Shown here one piece after another: positions 8,906 to 17,795 of a DNA stretch of 64,000 nt (its first letter is position 1; every line of letters starts with the position of its first letter). Position numbers and translations under genes: made by a program. This DNA comes from an uncultured Actinomycetes bacterium. GTDB lineage: Bacteria > Actinomycetota > Thermoleophilia > Gaiellales > Gaiellaceae. The stretch covers positions 3,853 to 67,852 of the forward strand of contig CAVXZG010000008.1 of the NCBI GenBank assembly GCA_963766375.1, given 5' to 3'. Under the pieces are notes generated by a model. That model ran no database searches, was not told where the DNA came from, and worked only from the letters and a program-made list of their open reading frames with translations.

Positions 8906-9733
8906 TCAGCCGGCTTCCTTCGCCACAAAAGCCGCAACGTCTCGGATCTGATCCGCGCTCAGCTGGCCCGTGAACGACGGCATTCCGCCGCCGCCCGCCT
9001 CGACCTTCGCGCGGACGGTCTCGAAGTCGGGCCGAGCCGAGTCGAGGTTCGGCCCGATCTGGCCGTCGGCTCCCGCGGCCTTGAGCGTGTGGCACGAGCC
9101 GCAGCCGGCGGTCTTGAAGACCTTCTCGCCGGCGGCCACGTTCGCAGCGGCCGGGATCGGTGAGCTCTTCGCGGGCGCGGCGGCGGCGGTGTTCTGGCTG
9201 TAGAGCCAGACGGCGCTCGTGTACCAGACGCCGATCAGCACGGCGAAGAGCAGGCCGCCCGCGATCGGGAGCACGGGCTTCGGAAAGCGGTGCAGCCGGA
9301 CGATCGTCACCTTCGCGGCGAAGGCGCCGTAGACGGCGCAGCCGAACAGCGAGTGAGCGAGCACGCGCGTCGTAGGCGAGCGGAAGCCGAGCTTGAAGAT
9401 GCAGTGGTAGGCGACCGGCAGCGTGAACGCGAACGCAAGGCGGCCAGACCAGCGGTGCACGGGATTGACCCAGGCCGGCTTCTCCCAGGGCAGCTTCCTG
9501 AAGATCCAGGCCGCGGTGAAGAGCTGGAAACACGCGAGCACGATGGCGGCCGTGGCGAAGCCGGCCTTCAGGTGCAACGGATCGCTGAAGAACAAACGGA
9601 AGTAGCCCTTCGAGCGCGGGTCGTGGGCCGCGAGCAGTCCGGCCGTCAGCGAGAAGACGGCGAACGCGAGCAGCGGGGCGGCGACCCAGCGGTACGAGCG
9701 CGGCTCGGGCGGGGCGGCGGTGAGCTCTGCCAC
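8906..9733 (-). CDS. membrane domain (DUF6529-like) fused to a c-type cytochrome module
   Basis: N-terminal polytopic region, an Ala/Pro linker, then CGSCH heme-binding motif and a GGGMPSF distal-Met region. Confidence 0.8.
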   Translation of the reverse strand: MAELTAAPPEPRSYRWVAAPLLAFAVFSLTAGLLAAHDPRSKGYFRLFFSDPLHLKAGFATAAIVLACFQLFTAAWIFRKLPWEKPAWVNPVHRWSGRLAFAFTLPVAYHCIFKLGFRSPTTRVLAHSLFGCAVYGAFAAKVTIVRLHRFPKPVLPIAGGLLFAVLIGVWYTSAVWLYSQNTAAAAPAKSSPIPAAANVAAGEKVFKTAGCGSCHTLKAAGADGQIGPNLDSARPDFETVRAKVEAGGGGMPSFTGQLSADQIRDVAAFVAKEAG

Positions 9734-9898
9734 CGCGCTATCGAATCGCAGTGGCGGCGGCCACGCAACAGCCGACTCGCCCAGAGGTAGACGAGAGGAC
9801 AGGAGGAGGAATAGCCTTCGACCACGAAGTCACGACCGCCTGGGCTCTTGGTCCGGGCAAGACGGGGGTTCTCCGGCAAAAGCAAGAGGGAGGCAACG

Positions 9899-10306
9899 AT
9901 GTCCACTACACAGGCCTATTCAGGCCTCAACCGCCCAGGCTGGCTCACGTTCGCGGCGGTGACACTGTTCGCGGTCGGCGTTCTCCGCAGCCTCTCGGCG
10001 ATCTACTACTTCGCCGACAGCGCGAGGGTGGTGAACGTGAGCGCCGGTGCTCTGGGCGGCCACCTGTTCCTCTGGGGACTGTGGGATCTGGTGATAGCAG
10101 TGCTTGCGTTCTCGGCCGGCTACTCGCTCCTCAGCGGGAACACATTCGGCCGCGTCATCGGCTACACCTGGGCGGTCGTGGTGATCGTGCAGAGCTTCCT
10201 CATCATCGAGTACGCCCCCTGGTTCGGCTTCGGGACGCTGCTGCTCGCGATCCTCGTGATCTACGCGCTCTCGGCTTCGTCCGACTGGAGGGAAACACCC
10301 GTCTAG
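9899..10306 (+). CDS. small polytopic membrane protein
   Basis: GGGAGG SD ~6 nt before ATG 9899; four hydrophobic helices (WLTFAAVTLFAVGVL, LFLWGLWDLVIAVLAF, YTWAVVVIVQSFLII, FGTLLLAILVIYAL). Confidence 0.7.
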   Translation: MSTTQAYSGLNRPGWLTFAAVTLFAVGVLRSLSAIYYFADSARVVNVSAGALGGHLFLWGLWDLVIAVLAFSAGYSLLSGNTFGRVIGYTWAVVVIVQSFLIIEYAPWFGFGTLLLAILVIYALSASSDWRETPV

Positions 10307-10411
10307 CCGAGCGGACGGCGCCCAGCCCTGGACTGGCTAGGCTGCCGGATCCTCGAGCTCGACACGCCCCACGGTCTCGCACGAGCCCTCCTCCGCCCCG
10401 TCGACCGGCCG

Positions 10412-10945
10412 GTGGGAGGGCTCGTGCTCGGGCACGGCGCTGGGGGCGGTGTGAACGCGCCGGACCTCGTTGCGGCCACTGAGGCTGCGAACTCCGCGGG
10501 GCACACCGTTGCGCTCGTCGAGCAGCCGTATCGAGTCGCGGGCCGTCGCAGCCCGGCGCCCGCGCGCCAGCTCGATGCGGCCTGGACGGCAGTTCTCGAG
10601 CAGTTGCGCGAGGACACGCTGCTCGGGCTTCCGATCATCACCGGCGGCCGCTCGGCCGGCGCCCGGGTTGCCTGTCGCACGGCCGCGGAAGTCGACGCAG
10701 TCGCGGTGCTGTGCCTCGCCTTCCCACTGCATCCGCCCGGCAAGGGCGACGATCCCACCAAGAGCCGACTGGCCGAGCTGGACGCGGTTCAGGTCCCGAC
10801 GCTCGTCGTGCAGGGCGAGAGCGACCCGTTCGGGATGCCGCCGGACGGCCCGGGCCGAACGGTCGTCCGCGTTCCGGGCAACCACTCCCTGCGAGACACC
10901 GGCGCCGTCGGCGCGGCCGTGACCGCCTGGCTCGCGGATATGTGA
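10412..10945 (+). CDS. alpha/beta hydrolase (KANL3/Tex30 / dienelactone-hydrolase-like)
   Basis: HGAGGG, GGRSAGARVA nucleophile-elbow-like motif, VVQGESDPFG and GNHSL. In-frame conserved-looking residues (ILELDTPHG) lie upstream of the first canonical start, so the 5' end is uncertain. Confidence 0.75.
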   Translation: MGGLVLGHGAGGGVNAPDLVAATEAANSAGHTVALVEQPYRVAGRRSPAPARQLDAAWTAVLEQLREDTLLGLPIITGGRSAGARVACRTAAEVDAVAVLCLAFPLHPPGKGDDPTKSRLAELDAVQVPTLVVQGESDPFGMPPDGPGRTVVRVPGNHSLRDTGAVGAAVTAWLADM

Positions 10946-11102
10946 GGGCGGATGCCTGACGGCAGCCCCCACTTGCCATGTCTCTTATCTGCGGGCGGAA
11001 GTGCCGGCCCCGATACCGACATCTGTCAAGCGGCCCCGAGAAGGTGCAGGGGCGTGTCGGATCTCCGGGCCCTTCAGGTTGTGGAGACCCGGCGCGCCGT
11101 GC

Positions 11103-11366
11103 TCAGGTCCGAGCGAGCCCCGAGACGGGGATGTGAATGTTCGAATGGAACTGATTGAACGCGTTCTGCAACGAACGGTCGTCACACACGCGCGACCCGG
11201 CCTCGAGCAGTCGGCCGCCGTGACTGGATGAAGTGGCGATGAGGCGTGATGTTCGCCAGGTTCGGGTCGCCGAGGGCCACGTTGCCCTCCCCCCGACGAG
11301 CACGGCCCTCACGCAAACGAGCACGATCAGGGTGGCAAGCACGAGACGATTCGCAATGGATTTCAA
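11103..11366 (-). CDS. small hypothetical protein with hydrophobic N-terminus (possible secreted/membrane peptide)
   Basis: TTG-initiated 87 codons (KSIANRLVLATLIVLVCVRAVLV...), preceded by a purine-rich stretch and a near-consensus promoter. The middle segment is compositionally odd, and a G6 run at its start could hide an indel. Confidence 0.35.
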   Translation of the reverse strand: MKSIANRLVLATLIVLVCVRAVLVGGRATWPSATRTWRTSRLIATSSSHGGRLLEAGSRVCDDRSLQNAFNQFHSNIHIPVSGLART

Positions 11367-11423
11367 TTCCCTTTCCCCCCGGTTGGGTTGCCGTCGAACC
11401 CGTGAGGGAACAGGAAGGTTGCG

Positions 11424-11452
11424 AGTATCTCGCTCTGCGTGGCTCGTGTCAA
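11424..11452 (-). promoter_or_regulatory. candidate sigma-70/SigA-type promoter
   Basis: Minus strand reads TTGACA (11452-11447), 17 nt, GATACT (11429-11424). It sits ~55 nt upstream of the TTG start at 11366, in a locally A+T-richer intergenic region. Confidence 0.4.
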
Positions 11453-11525
11453 CTTGCCTGTTTATGAGCGATGACGGCAGTAAGGTGCCGATCGAGGCAA
11501 GTAGGCATTTCCTAGGAGAGGAGCG

Positions 11526-12062
11526 TTACTCGTCAGCCAGCGCGAGTAGGGCCTCGACAGTTGCCCAGTTTCGCGATGTGGCGGTGACGCCCAGGCCCTT
11601 GCCGGCGAGCTTCGTCCAGAGGCGCGAGCGAGCGATTGTCTTCGGGTGCCACGCGTAGACCTCGCGGCCGATCACGACGACCTGCTCTGAATCCGCGGCG
11701 GCAGCCTCGAGCTCACGCACGACCTTGGCAGCGAGCTTGGCTGACAGGAAGCTCACCTGGTAGCGCTTGGGATCCTTCGCGACGTTCCCGAGCGGGTTGC
11801 GCTTCACGATCCTCGCGAGGTCGGCTCGCGTCCGCGCCACGACCGCGATCTCGAGGCCGAAGCGCTTCGCGATCACGCGCTCGCACTTCCGGGCCACGCT
11901 CTCGGGCTTCGCGGTGCTCTCGAGCACCACGTTGCCGCTCTGAAGGTACGTCCGCACGTCCTTGAAGCCGGCGTCCTCCAGCGCCTCGCGCAGCTCCCCC
12001 ATCGCAATCCGGTTGCGGGCGCCGAGATTGATGCCGCGAAGCAGGACGATGTGTCGGGCCAC
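11526..12062 (-). CDS. DUF1697 family protein
   Basis: MARHIVLLRGINLGARNRIAMGELREALEDAGFKDVRTYLQSGNVV... matches the DUF1697 N-terminal pattern; 178 aa, intact. Confidence 0.85.
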   Translation of the reverse strand: MARHIVLLRGINLGARNRIAMGELREALEDAGFKDVRTYLQSGNVVLESTAKPESVARKCERVIAKRFGLEIAVVARTRADLARIVKRNPLGNVAKDPKRYQVSFLSAKLAAKVVRELEAAAADSEQVVVIGREVYAWHPKTIARSRLWTKLAGKGLGVTATSRNWATVEALLALADE

Positions 12063-12097
12063 ATCGCGAGGGTACCGCCGTGGCCGCGATCAGCAGT

Positions 12098-12943
12098 CTA
12101 TGGCCCCGACGGTCCCGTCCCGGTCGGTGTCGTTGGCCCTGTCGTCCCCGTTGCTCCCGTTGTGCCGGTCGGCCCGGTCGTCCCCGTCGCGCCGGTTGGC
12201 CCGCTCGCTCCCGTCGGCGTCGTAGGGGGCGGAGGTGGAGGCGGTCCGGTAGCCACGTTCCAGGTCACCAGCATCGACCGCCGAACAGCGCGTTGCAGTT
12301 GCGCCTTCCGTCCGATCACTCGAATCTTGATGCGAAGGAAACCTAGATCCGCTAGTTGCTTCCTGATTGCAGCGAGCTGTCCGTTCAGTGATCCGAGCCA
12401 GAAGAAGTTCACGCTCAGCTCGCTTCCGAGCCCAAGACTGGGAGGCAACGGTGACGCGCAGCTACCTCTTGCGTCGGAGACAAAGACGGCAATGAGCTTT
12501 TGCGAACTGTCCTCAATCTTGTCTTTGCTCGACAGATCGTTAGTGGCAGAGCTAATTGCCGTCATGTAGCTGGATCGGTTGGCTTGCTGCAGATTTCCGA
12601 ACACGTCTCTGAAACGCGTTGCGTTGTTCGTGTGGAAGTCGACCGTCGGCGCTACATACGTCTCCTCGCAGCCACGCGCGACGAGTCGGAGGGATGTAGG
12701 GATGCCCGGGAGCAAGGAGACGCTGCGAATGATGCTGTCCTCCGCCGCCGCGAGCCTCGTCAAGTTGCCGAGCGGCTTTCGCATCGCGGGCGAGATATCC
12801 AGGATAAAGACCGCGCTCATGCGCGGCGTCTTTGGATTCGGGAGGAGGTTTCTGATTCCCAGGACGATCCCGACCGTCACACTGATGAGGCCGAGCAGCG
12901 TCGCTAGTCCCGAGAGGAAGGATTTGGGCTTCCAGAGCTTCAA
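12098..12943 (-). CDS. membrane-anchored vWA-like protein with poly-Pro and collagen-like (G-X-T) C-terminal tail
   Basis: TTG start with a GAGGTGGAG SD-like stretch. N-terminal TM helix (FLSGLATLLGLISVTVGIVLGI); vWA-like strands VFILDISPAM (degenerate DxSxS) and LIAVFVSDARG. The tail is PPPPPPPTTPT followed by nine perfect GXY triplets. The gene body is visibly lower in G+C than its neighbours. Confidence 0.7.
   Translation of the reverse strand: MKLWKPKSFLSGLATLLGLISVTVGIVLGIRNLLPNPKTPRMSAVFILDISPAMRKPLGNLTRLAAAEDSIIRSVSLLPGIPTSLRLVARGCEETYVAPTVDFHTNNATRFRDVFGNLQQANRSSYMTAISSATNDLSSKDKIEDSSQKLIAVFVSDARGSCASPLPPSLGLGSELSVNFFWLGSLNGQLAAIRKQLADLGFLRIKIRVIGRKAQLQRAVRRSMLVTWNVATGPPPPPPPTTPTGASGPTGATGTTGPTGTTGATGTTGPTTPTGTGPSGP
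12101..12244 (-). repeat. in-frame 9-bp-periodic coding repeat (collagen-like GXT triplets plus poly-Pro)
   Basis: Encodes GAS GPT GAT GTT GPT GTT GAT GTT GPT TPT GTG PSG P, preceded by PPPPPPPTTPT. The DNA shows reiterated ggcccg/gtcgtccccgt units. Confidence 0.8.
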
Positions 12944-13225
12944 CTGCGAGCCGCTCCACCTCGATGTAGCTGCTCGCCCGACTTTGACTCCGCCGCAGGA
13001 AAGCCGAGGCGGGCCGGGTTGTCAGTTGTCCTCAGGCTACGACGTACGAAAAACCGCGTCAATGGGCCGCTCCCCGAAACGGGGGGTTTCGCGACTAGGC
13101 TCCTGAGCGTGACCGGCCGAGCATTCGAGACTGCGCGAATCGCGTTGATGCCGAACGCGTGGACGTCAAAGTGGAGCCGTACCGGCGACCAGCCGTCCGG
13201 GCGCTCCAGATCGTCGCCGAGATCG

Positions 13226-14339
13226 TCACCGCTTCCTGAGTTGCTGCGACGCGAGGTGCTTGGCGATGCGCCGCGCGTCGCGCCCGACGCCGCCGACGTT
13301 CTCCGACGTGAACGCGTGTAGGAAGTCCAGGCCGACGAAGTAGAGGCCCGGTTCGGAGGCGACGCCGCTCTCGTGCACCGGGCTGCCTCCCTCGAAGACG
13401 GGCAGGTCGATCCAGCTGAAGTCCTGCCGGAAGCCCGTGCACCAGATGACGTTCGCGACGTCCATCACGCGTCCGTCCTCGAGCGCCGGCAGCCCGTCCT
13501 GCACGCCGACCGTCCTCGGCACCGACTCGACGCCGGCCTTGCGGAGATCGTTCGTCTTGACCCGGATCCGCGGCGCGCCGCTCGAGATGACGTGCGGCTG
13601 CATCTTGCGACCGAGCGGCGTCCTCACCGTGAGCACGCGCGACGCGACGAACCAGAGCACCGGCAGGACGAGACGCCTCAGCGGGCTCTCGATGCGAAAC
13701 GGCACCTGTCCTTTGTCGGGGCCCGAGAGCCAGGTCTCGGTGCGTTGCGGACGTCTCCATCGCGATGTCCGCCCCGGAGTTGCCGGCGCCGACGAGGAGC
13801 ACGCCGCCCGGCCGAAGCTGGGAGGGATCGCGGTAGTCGCTGGAGTGCATCTGCACGATGCGCGGGTCGAGCTCGGATGCGAAGTCGGGCACGGACGGCT
13901 TTCCGTAGAAGCCGGTCGCGACGACGACCCGATCGGCCACGAAGCGCCGCCCGCCGGACTCGACGAGGTAGCGATCGCCGACCTTCGTCAGCCGGTCGAC
14001 GGTCATCCCGAGCCGCACGGGAAGTTCGAACCGCTCCGCGTAGGCCTCGAGGTAGTCGGCCGTCTCGCGCGCGGTCGGATACGACCAGGCCGGGGCCGGA
14101 AACGCCCAGCCGGGCAAGCCGTCGTACCGCGCAGGGGTGAACAGGCGGAGCGAGCTCCACGTGCGGGTTCGCCAGGAGCCGCCGATCTGCTCGTTTGCAT
14201 CCAGGATCACGAACGACCCGCCGCCCTTCTTCAGGTAGTACCCGACGGCGAGTCCGGCCTGGCCGCCGCCGATGACGATCGTCTCGAACTCCTCGACGCT
14301 CGCCGCGGGTGTTTCGATCGCTGCCTCCTGCGTGGCCAT
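13226..14339 (-). pseudogene. flavin-containing monooxygenase / CzcO-like FAD-NAD(P) oxidoreductase, frame broken once as assembled
   Basis: N-terminal GGGQAGLAVG and second VGAGNSGADIA dinucleotide motifs in one frame. After ~13745 the sequence continues in another frame as TETWLSGPDKGQVPFRIESPLRRLVLPVLWFVASRVLTV...WCTGF...GLYFVGL. Confidence 0.85.
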
Positions 14340-14460
14340 GACGTCCTCCTCGGGTCGGGTGAGCTACCCCACGAACCTATGGAGGCACCGCCGCGCGCGC
14401 ATCGCGCGGATCCACCATCTTGCTTCGGGACGCGGGTGGTCATTTCTGACCACTCCGGGC

Positions 14461-16098
14461 TCAGACGAGGTCGTGCTCGAAGGCGAAGGCGCCCGCCGCG
14501 GTGCGCGAGGGAACGCCGAGCTTCCTGAAGATGTTCTGCACGTGCCGGGCCACGGTGTGCTCGCTGATGACGAGCTCAGAGGCGATTTCCCGGTTGCTCT
14601 TGCCGGTGGCGACCAGGCGCAGGACTTCGAGCTCGCGAGCCGTCAGCCCGTGCGGGTCGGCGACGGTTCCGGTGGACGAGTCGATCGAGACCAGGTCGGG
14701 CCGAGCTCCCAGCTCCTCGAAGGTTCTCCGGGCCGCGTCTAGCTCGAGTGCGAACGCTTCCTCGTCGCCGAGCGCCTTGCAGGCCCGCCCCACGAGCAGA
14801 CGGGCGCGTGCCGCCTCGTACGGAGCTTCGAGCTCCTGCCACATCCGAGCCGCCCGCCGGAGGCTGACGAGCGCCCTGCGCGCATCGCCGGCCGCGAGCT
14901 CGACTGCTCCACGAGCCTGCGCGAGCTGGGCGTGCAGCAGTTCGCTGTCGCATTGCGCAGCGACTTCCTCGAGCTGGTCGCACGCTCGCCGGGCTTCCTC
15001 GACGTCGCCGACGGCGAGCAGGATCTCGACATAGGCCGGCAGCAGGCTCGCCCGCCTGAGGCCGTCGGCCGTCTCACCGACTACGCGACGGATCGCCGCG
15101 GCCGCGGCATCGGCGTTTCCCTGAGCCAGCCGCAGCAACGCCAGGCCGGGCTGCGGCTCCAGGCCGAGCAGGCTCGCCTTTCCGTACGCCTCCTCAGCCT
15201 CCGTGAACTCGCCTCGGAGGCGGTAGACCTCACCTTGCAGGTAGCGGGCTTTGCCCGCGGCGGCCTGGTTCATCGACTTTTCGAACCGGCGGTTCGCGCG
15301 CTCGGCCTCATCGAGTGCGTCCGGCCAAGCCCCCTGCAGCTGCATCAGCTGAGCGCGGTGGACCAGGCAGCGGCCGGTGAACGCCAGCAGGTCGGGCTGT
15401 CCCTCACACCAGCGCGTCAGAACCGCCGTCCACTCCCTGGCGCGGCGCAGTTCGTAGACCTCTTCGCAGGCGAGGATCACGCCGCAGTACACGATTCCAG
15501 TGACGATCGGCGAAAGCTCTCCTGTGGTGGCGGCAACCATCGCCTCGTCCAGCAGGCCGAGCCCCTCCCTGACACGGCCTCCTCTGACGAGAACCTCGCC
15601 CTGCGTGTCTACAGCGAGCGCGAGGAGGTCTTTGTCCCCGAAGCGCTCGCCGATTTCGGCCGCGGTCGCGGCGGTCGCAAACGCGCCTTCGTAGTCACCC
15701 GTCGCCTCGTGCTCGAAGACGACCGGTAGCAGCAGGTAGCCTCGCTCGGCGCAATCACCCTCCGGCTCGAGCAGGCGCTGGGCGCGGCCGAGCCAGCCCG
15801 TGGCTGGGCCCATCTCTCCGCGGAGCGCGAGATTGATGCCGATCCAGAAGGCGCAACGCGCCGCGGGCCTCAGCTCGCCCGACTCCTCGTACTCGTGGCA
15901 GGCCCGCTCGAAAATCCGCATCCACTCGTCCTCGTGGCCGAGCATGTAGGCGGAGATCCCGAACAGCACGAGATCCTCCGGCCCCAGCGGCTCGAGCCCG
16001 TCGGCGCGAGCCAGCGACTCGTAGGCCGTGGCCCACGCCGAGCTTGCGTAGGACTCGCGGCCTAGCTCGAGCTCATGGCTGGCACTCGAGGGACGCAA
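14461..16098 (-). CDS. LuxR-family transcriptional regulator with long TPR-like helical N-terminal region
   Basis: C-terminal [48 protein letters not shown]. About 470 aa of helical repeats upstream and no P-loop; 545 aa, intact. Confidence 0.9.
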   Translation of the reverse strand: MRPSSASHELELGRESYASSAWATAYESLARADGLEPLGPEDLVLFGISAYMLGHEDEWMRIFERACHEYEESGELRPAARCAFWIGINLALRGEMGPATGWLGRAQRLLEPEGDCAERGYLLLPVVFEHEATGDYEGAFATAATAAEIGERFGDKDLLALAVDTQGEVLVRGGRVREGLGLLDEAMVAATTGELSPIVTGIVYCGVILACEEVYELRRAREWTAVLTRWCEGQPDLLAFTGRCLVHRAQLMQLQGAWPDALDEAERANRRFEKSMNQAAAGKARYLQGEVYRLRGEFTEAEEAYGKASLLGLEPQPGLALLRLAQGNADAAAAAIRRVVGETADGLRRASLLPAYVEILLAVGDVEEARRACDQLEEVAAQCDSELLHAQLAQARGAVELAAGDARRALVSLRRAARMWQELEAPYEAARARLLVGRACKALGDEEAFALELDAARRTFEELGARPDLVSIDSSTGTVADPHGLTARELEVLRLVATGKSNREIASELVISEHTVARHVQNIFRKLGVPSRTAAGAFAFEHDLV

Positions 16099-16116
16099 TG
16101 TCGGCCAACCGTACTC

Positions 16117-16491
16117 CTACATGTCGTCTTTGACGACGCCGATCACGTGGCCCTCGGGATCGCTGAACTGGCCGAGCTCGACCATGTCCATGATCTTCTC
16201 CGGGCCCATGATCCTCGTTCCGCCGAGGCTTTCGGCCTTCGCGAGCGCGGCCTCGACGTCCGGAACCGCGACGTAGAACGTGACGTGGCCTTCGTATCCG
16301 GGAGGCCCGCCGGCGATGCCGCCGCCGATGCCGAGATTGCCGTCGGCCGCGAGGTTGCTGTCGCGCGCCACCATCCCGTAGTTCATCTCGTTGTTGGAGT
16401 CGATCTCCCAGTCGAAGAGCTCGGAGTAGTACTTCCGCAGCTTGTCTCCGTCCTTGCCAATCACCTCGAAGTGGACTACCGGCTGACCCAT
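16117..16491 (-). CDS. VOC / glyoxalase-family protein
   Basis: 124 aa: VVHFEVIGKDGDKLRKYYSELFDW...GHVTFYVAVPDVEAALAKAESLGG...ELGQFSDPEGHVIGV, the typical vicinal-oxygen-chelate fold pattern. Confidence 0.85.
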   Translation of the reverse strand: MGQPVVHFEVIGKDGDKLRKYYSELFDWEIDSNNEMNYGMVARDSNLAADGNLGIGGGIAGGPPGYEGHVTFYVAVPDVEAALAKAESLGGTRIMGPEKIMDMVELGQFSDPEGHVIGVVKDDM

Positions 16492-16605
16492 GGTCTCTCC
16501 CTTTCGCTCGATAACGAGAACCTAGCCCTTAGACCGCCGCTCGGCGAAAAACTCATCGCTCATCGGCTTAGGATCGTCGTGTGCTCATGGGGCGCCGCTT
16601 TCACC

Positions 16606-17496
16606 ATGCGGGCCTGGCCGAAGCTCTGGGTCGTCTGGCTCCTGTTCGGCCTGAGCGCCGTCGCGGTCTTCGAGACCTACTGGCGCATCCCGCCGCAGGA
16701 CCTGTGGAAGGTCACGAACACGGGCTTCGTCGGCGGAGCCGGTCGCGCATTCGTCTTCATCAGCTTCTCGGCCGCCCTCGCCGCGGTCGCGGTGCTGGCG
16801 ATCGTCTCCGATCGGCTCGAGGATCGTCGCGCCGACCTCGTCGCGCTCGTCTCGCTCGTCCTCTGCGCGACGGTCGCCTACCCCGGCGTCCAGACCGAGA
16901 GCCACCTCGATCCGAAGTGGTCGAACACCTTCGCCGTCGTCGGGGTCGTGCTCGCCGTCGCGTTGACCGTCTGGGCTACTCGCAGCGGACGGCCTGAGCG
17001 GGTGCGGACGAGCCTGGCAGGCGACCGTGCCAGGCTGGTCGTGGGCGGCGTCTCGCTGTTCTTCGCCGCGCCGTACATCGCGGCGGAGCTCGGGTTCTTC
17101 CTGGACGGCGTCCCGGTGCTCGGCTGGATCTTCCAGACCGGCAAGATCACGCCCGAGCCGGGCTCCGGCGACTTGCACGCCGCCGTCCACCACGGGCACC
17201 ACCACGGGATGGACGGCTTTCTCCTCGCCGCGACGGCGCTGCTGCTGTCACGCCAGCTCGGTGGCATCCGCCGGCCCGTGCAACGGACGCTGACCGCTGC
17301 CTACCTCTCGCTGATGCTCGTCTATGGCCTGACCAACCAGGCCCAGGATCTCTGGACCGAGCAGATCGTCAAGCGCGGCTGGACGAGCTGGGAGATTCCG
17401 AACGTCCTCCATCCGTCTGCCTCGGCGGCGTGGGCCGCGATGGTCGCGGTCGCGGCGGTCTTCTACTTCGCGTTCTTCAGCTCACGTAGCCGATGA
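16606..17496 (+). CDS. polytopic membrane protein with His-rich loop
   Basis: ATG 16606 (GTG 16579 also possible). About 8 hydrophobic helices and the loop DLHAAVHHGHHHGMDG. The upstream part of the 473-aa track ORF is antisense to the VOC gene. Confidence 0.7.
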   Translation: MRAWPKLWVVWLLFGLSAVAVFETYWRIPPQDLWKVTNTGFVGGAGRAFVFISFSAALAAVAVLAIVSDRLEDRRADLVALVSLVLCATVAYPGVQTESHLDPKWSNTFAVVGVVLAVALTVWATRSGRPERVRTSLAGDRARLVVGGVSLFFAAPYIAAELGFFLDGVPVLGWIFQTGKITPEPGSGDLHAAVHHGHHHGMDGFLLAATALLLSRQLGGIRRPVQRTLTAAYLSLMLVYGLTNQAQDLWTEQIVKRGWTSWEIPNVLHPSASAAWAAMVAVAAVFYFAFFSSRSR

Positions 17497-17509
17497 GCGC
17501 GGAGCCCCG

Positions 17510-17782
17510 CTACGCGGCAGCGAAGCGTTCAGCAGCTCGAGCCCGCTTGCGCTCGGCTTCGACCTCGCGGTCCTTCGGGGCCGCGTTGGTCACGAGCGCG
17601 CCGATCAGCCGCCGGGTCGCCTCGGCGACCTCGTCGACCGCAAGCGCGAACGCTTCCTCGTTCGCCTGCGAGGGCTTGGTGAAGCCGCTGATCTTGCGCA
17701 CGTACTGGAGCGAGGCGTCCCGCACCTCGTCGTCGGTCGCGGGAGGCTCGAAGTTGAAGAGCGTGTGGATGTTTCGGCACAT
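17510..17782 (-). CDS. DUF2277 family protein
   Basis: MCRNIHTLFNFEPPATDDEVRDASLQYVRKISGFTKPSQANEEAF matches the conserved DUF2277 N-terminus; 90 aa. Confidence 0.8.
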   Translation of the reverse strand: MCRNIHTLFNFEPPATDDEVRDASLQYVRKISGFTKPSQANEEAFALAVDEVAEATRRLIGALVTNAAPKDREVEAERKRARAAERFAAA

Positions 17783-17795
17783 GGGCCTACTGTAG

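Noticed and set aside
12101-12244. Short tandem repeats considered as a CRISPR array or non-coding VNTR.
   Set aside because: The periodicity is 9 bp, and the repeats are in frame, encoding GXY triplets at the 3' end of an ORF. There are no 25-40 bp repeats with unique spacers.
13071-13086. CCCCG-AAA-CGGGG hairpin upstream of the vWA-like gene as a terminator.
   Set aside because: The stem is only 5 bp, there is no adjacent U-tract, and it is far (140 nt) from the nearest upstream stop. This is too weak to report as a feature.
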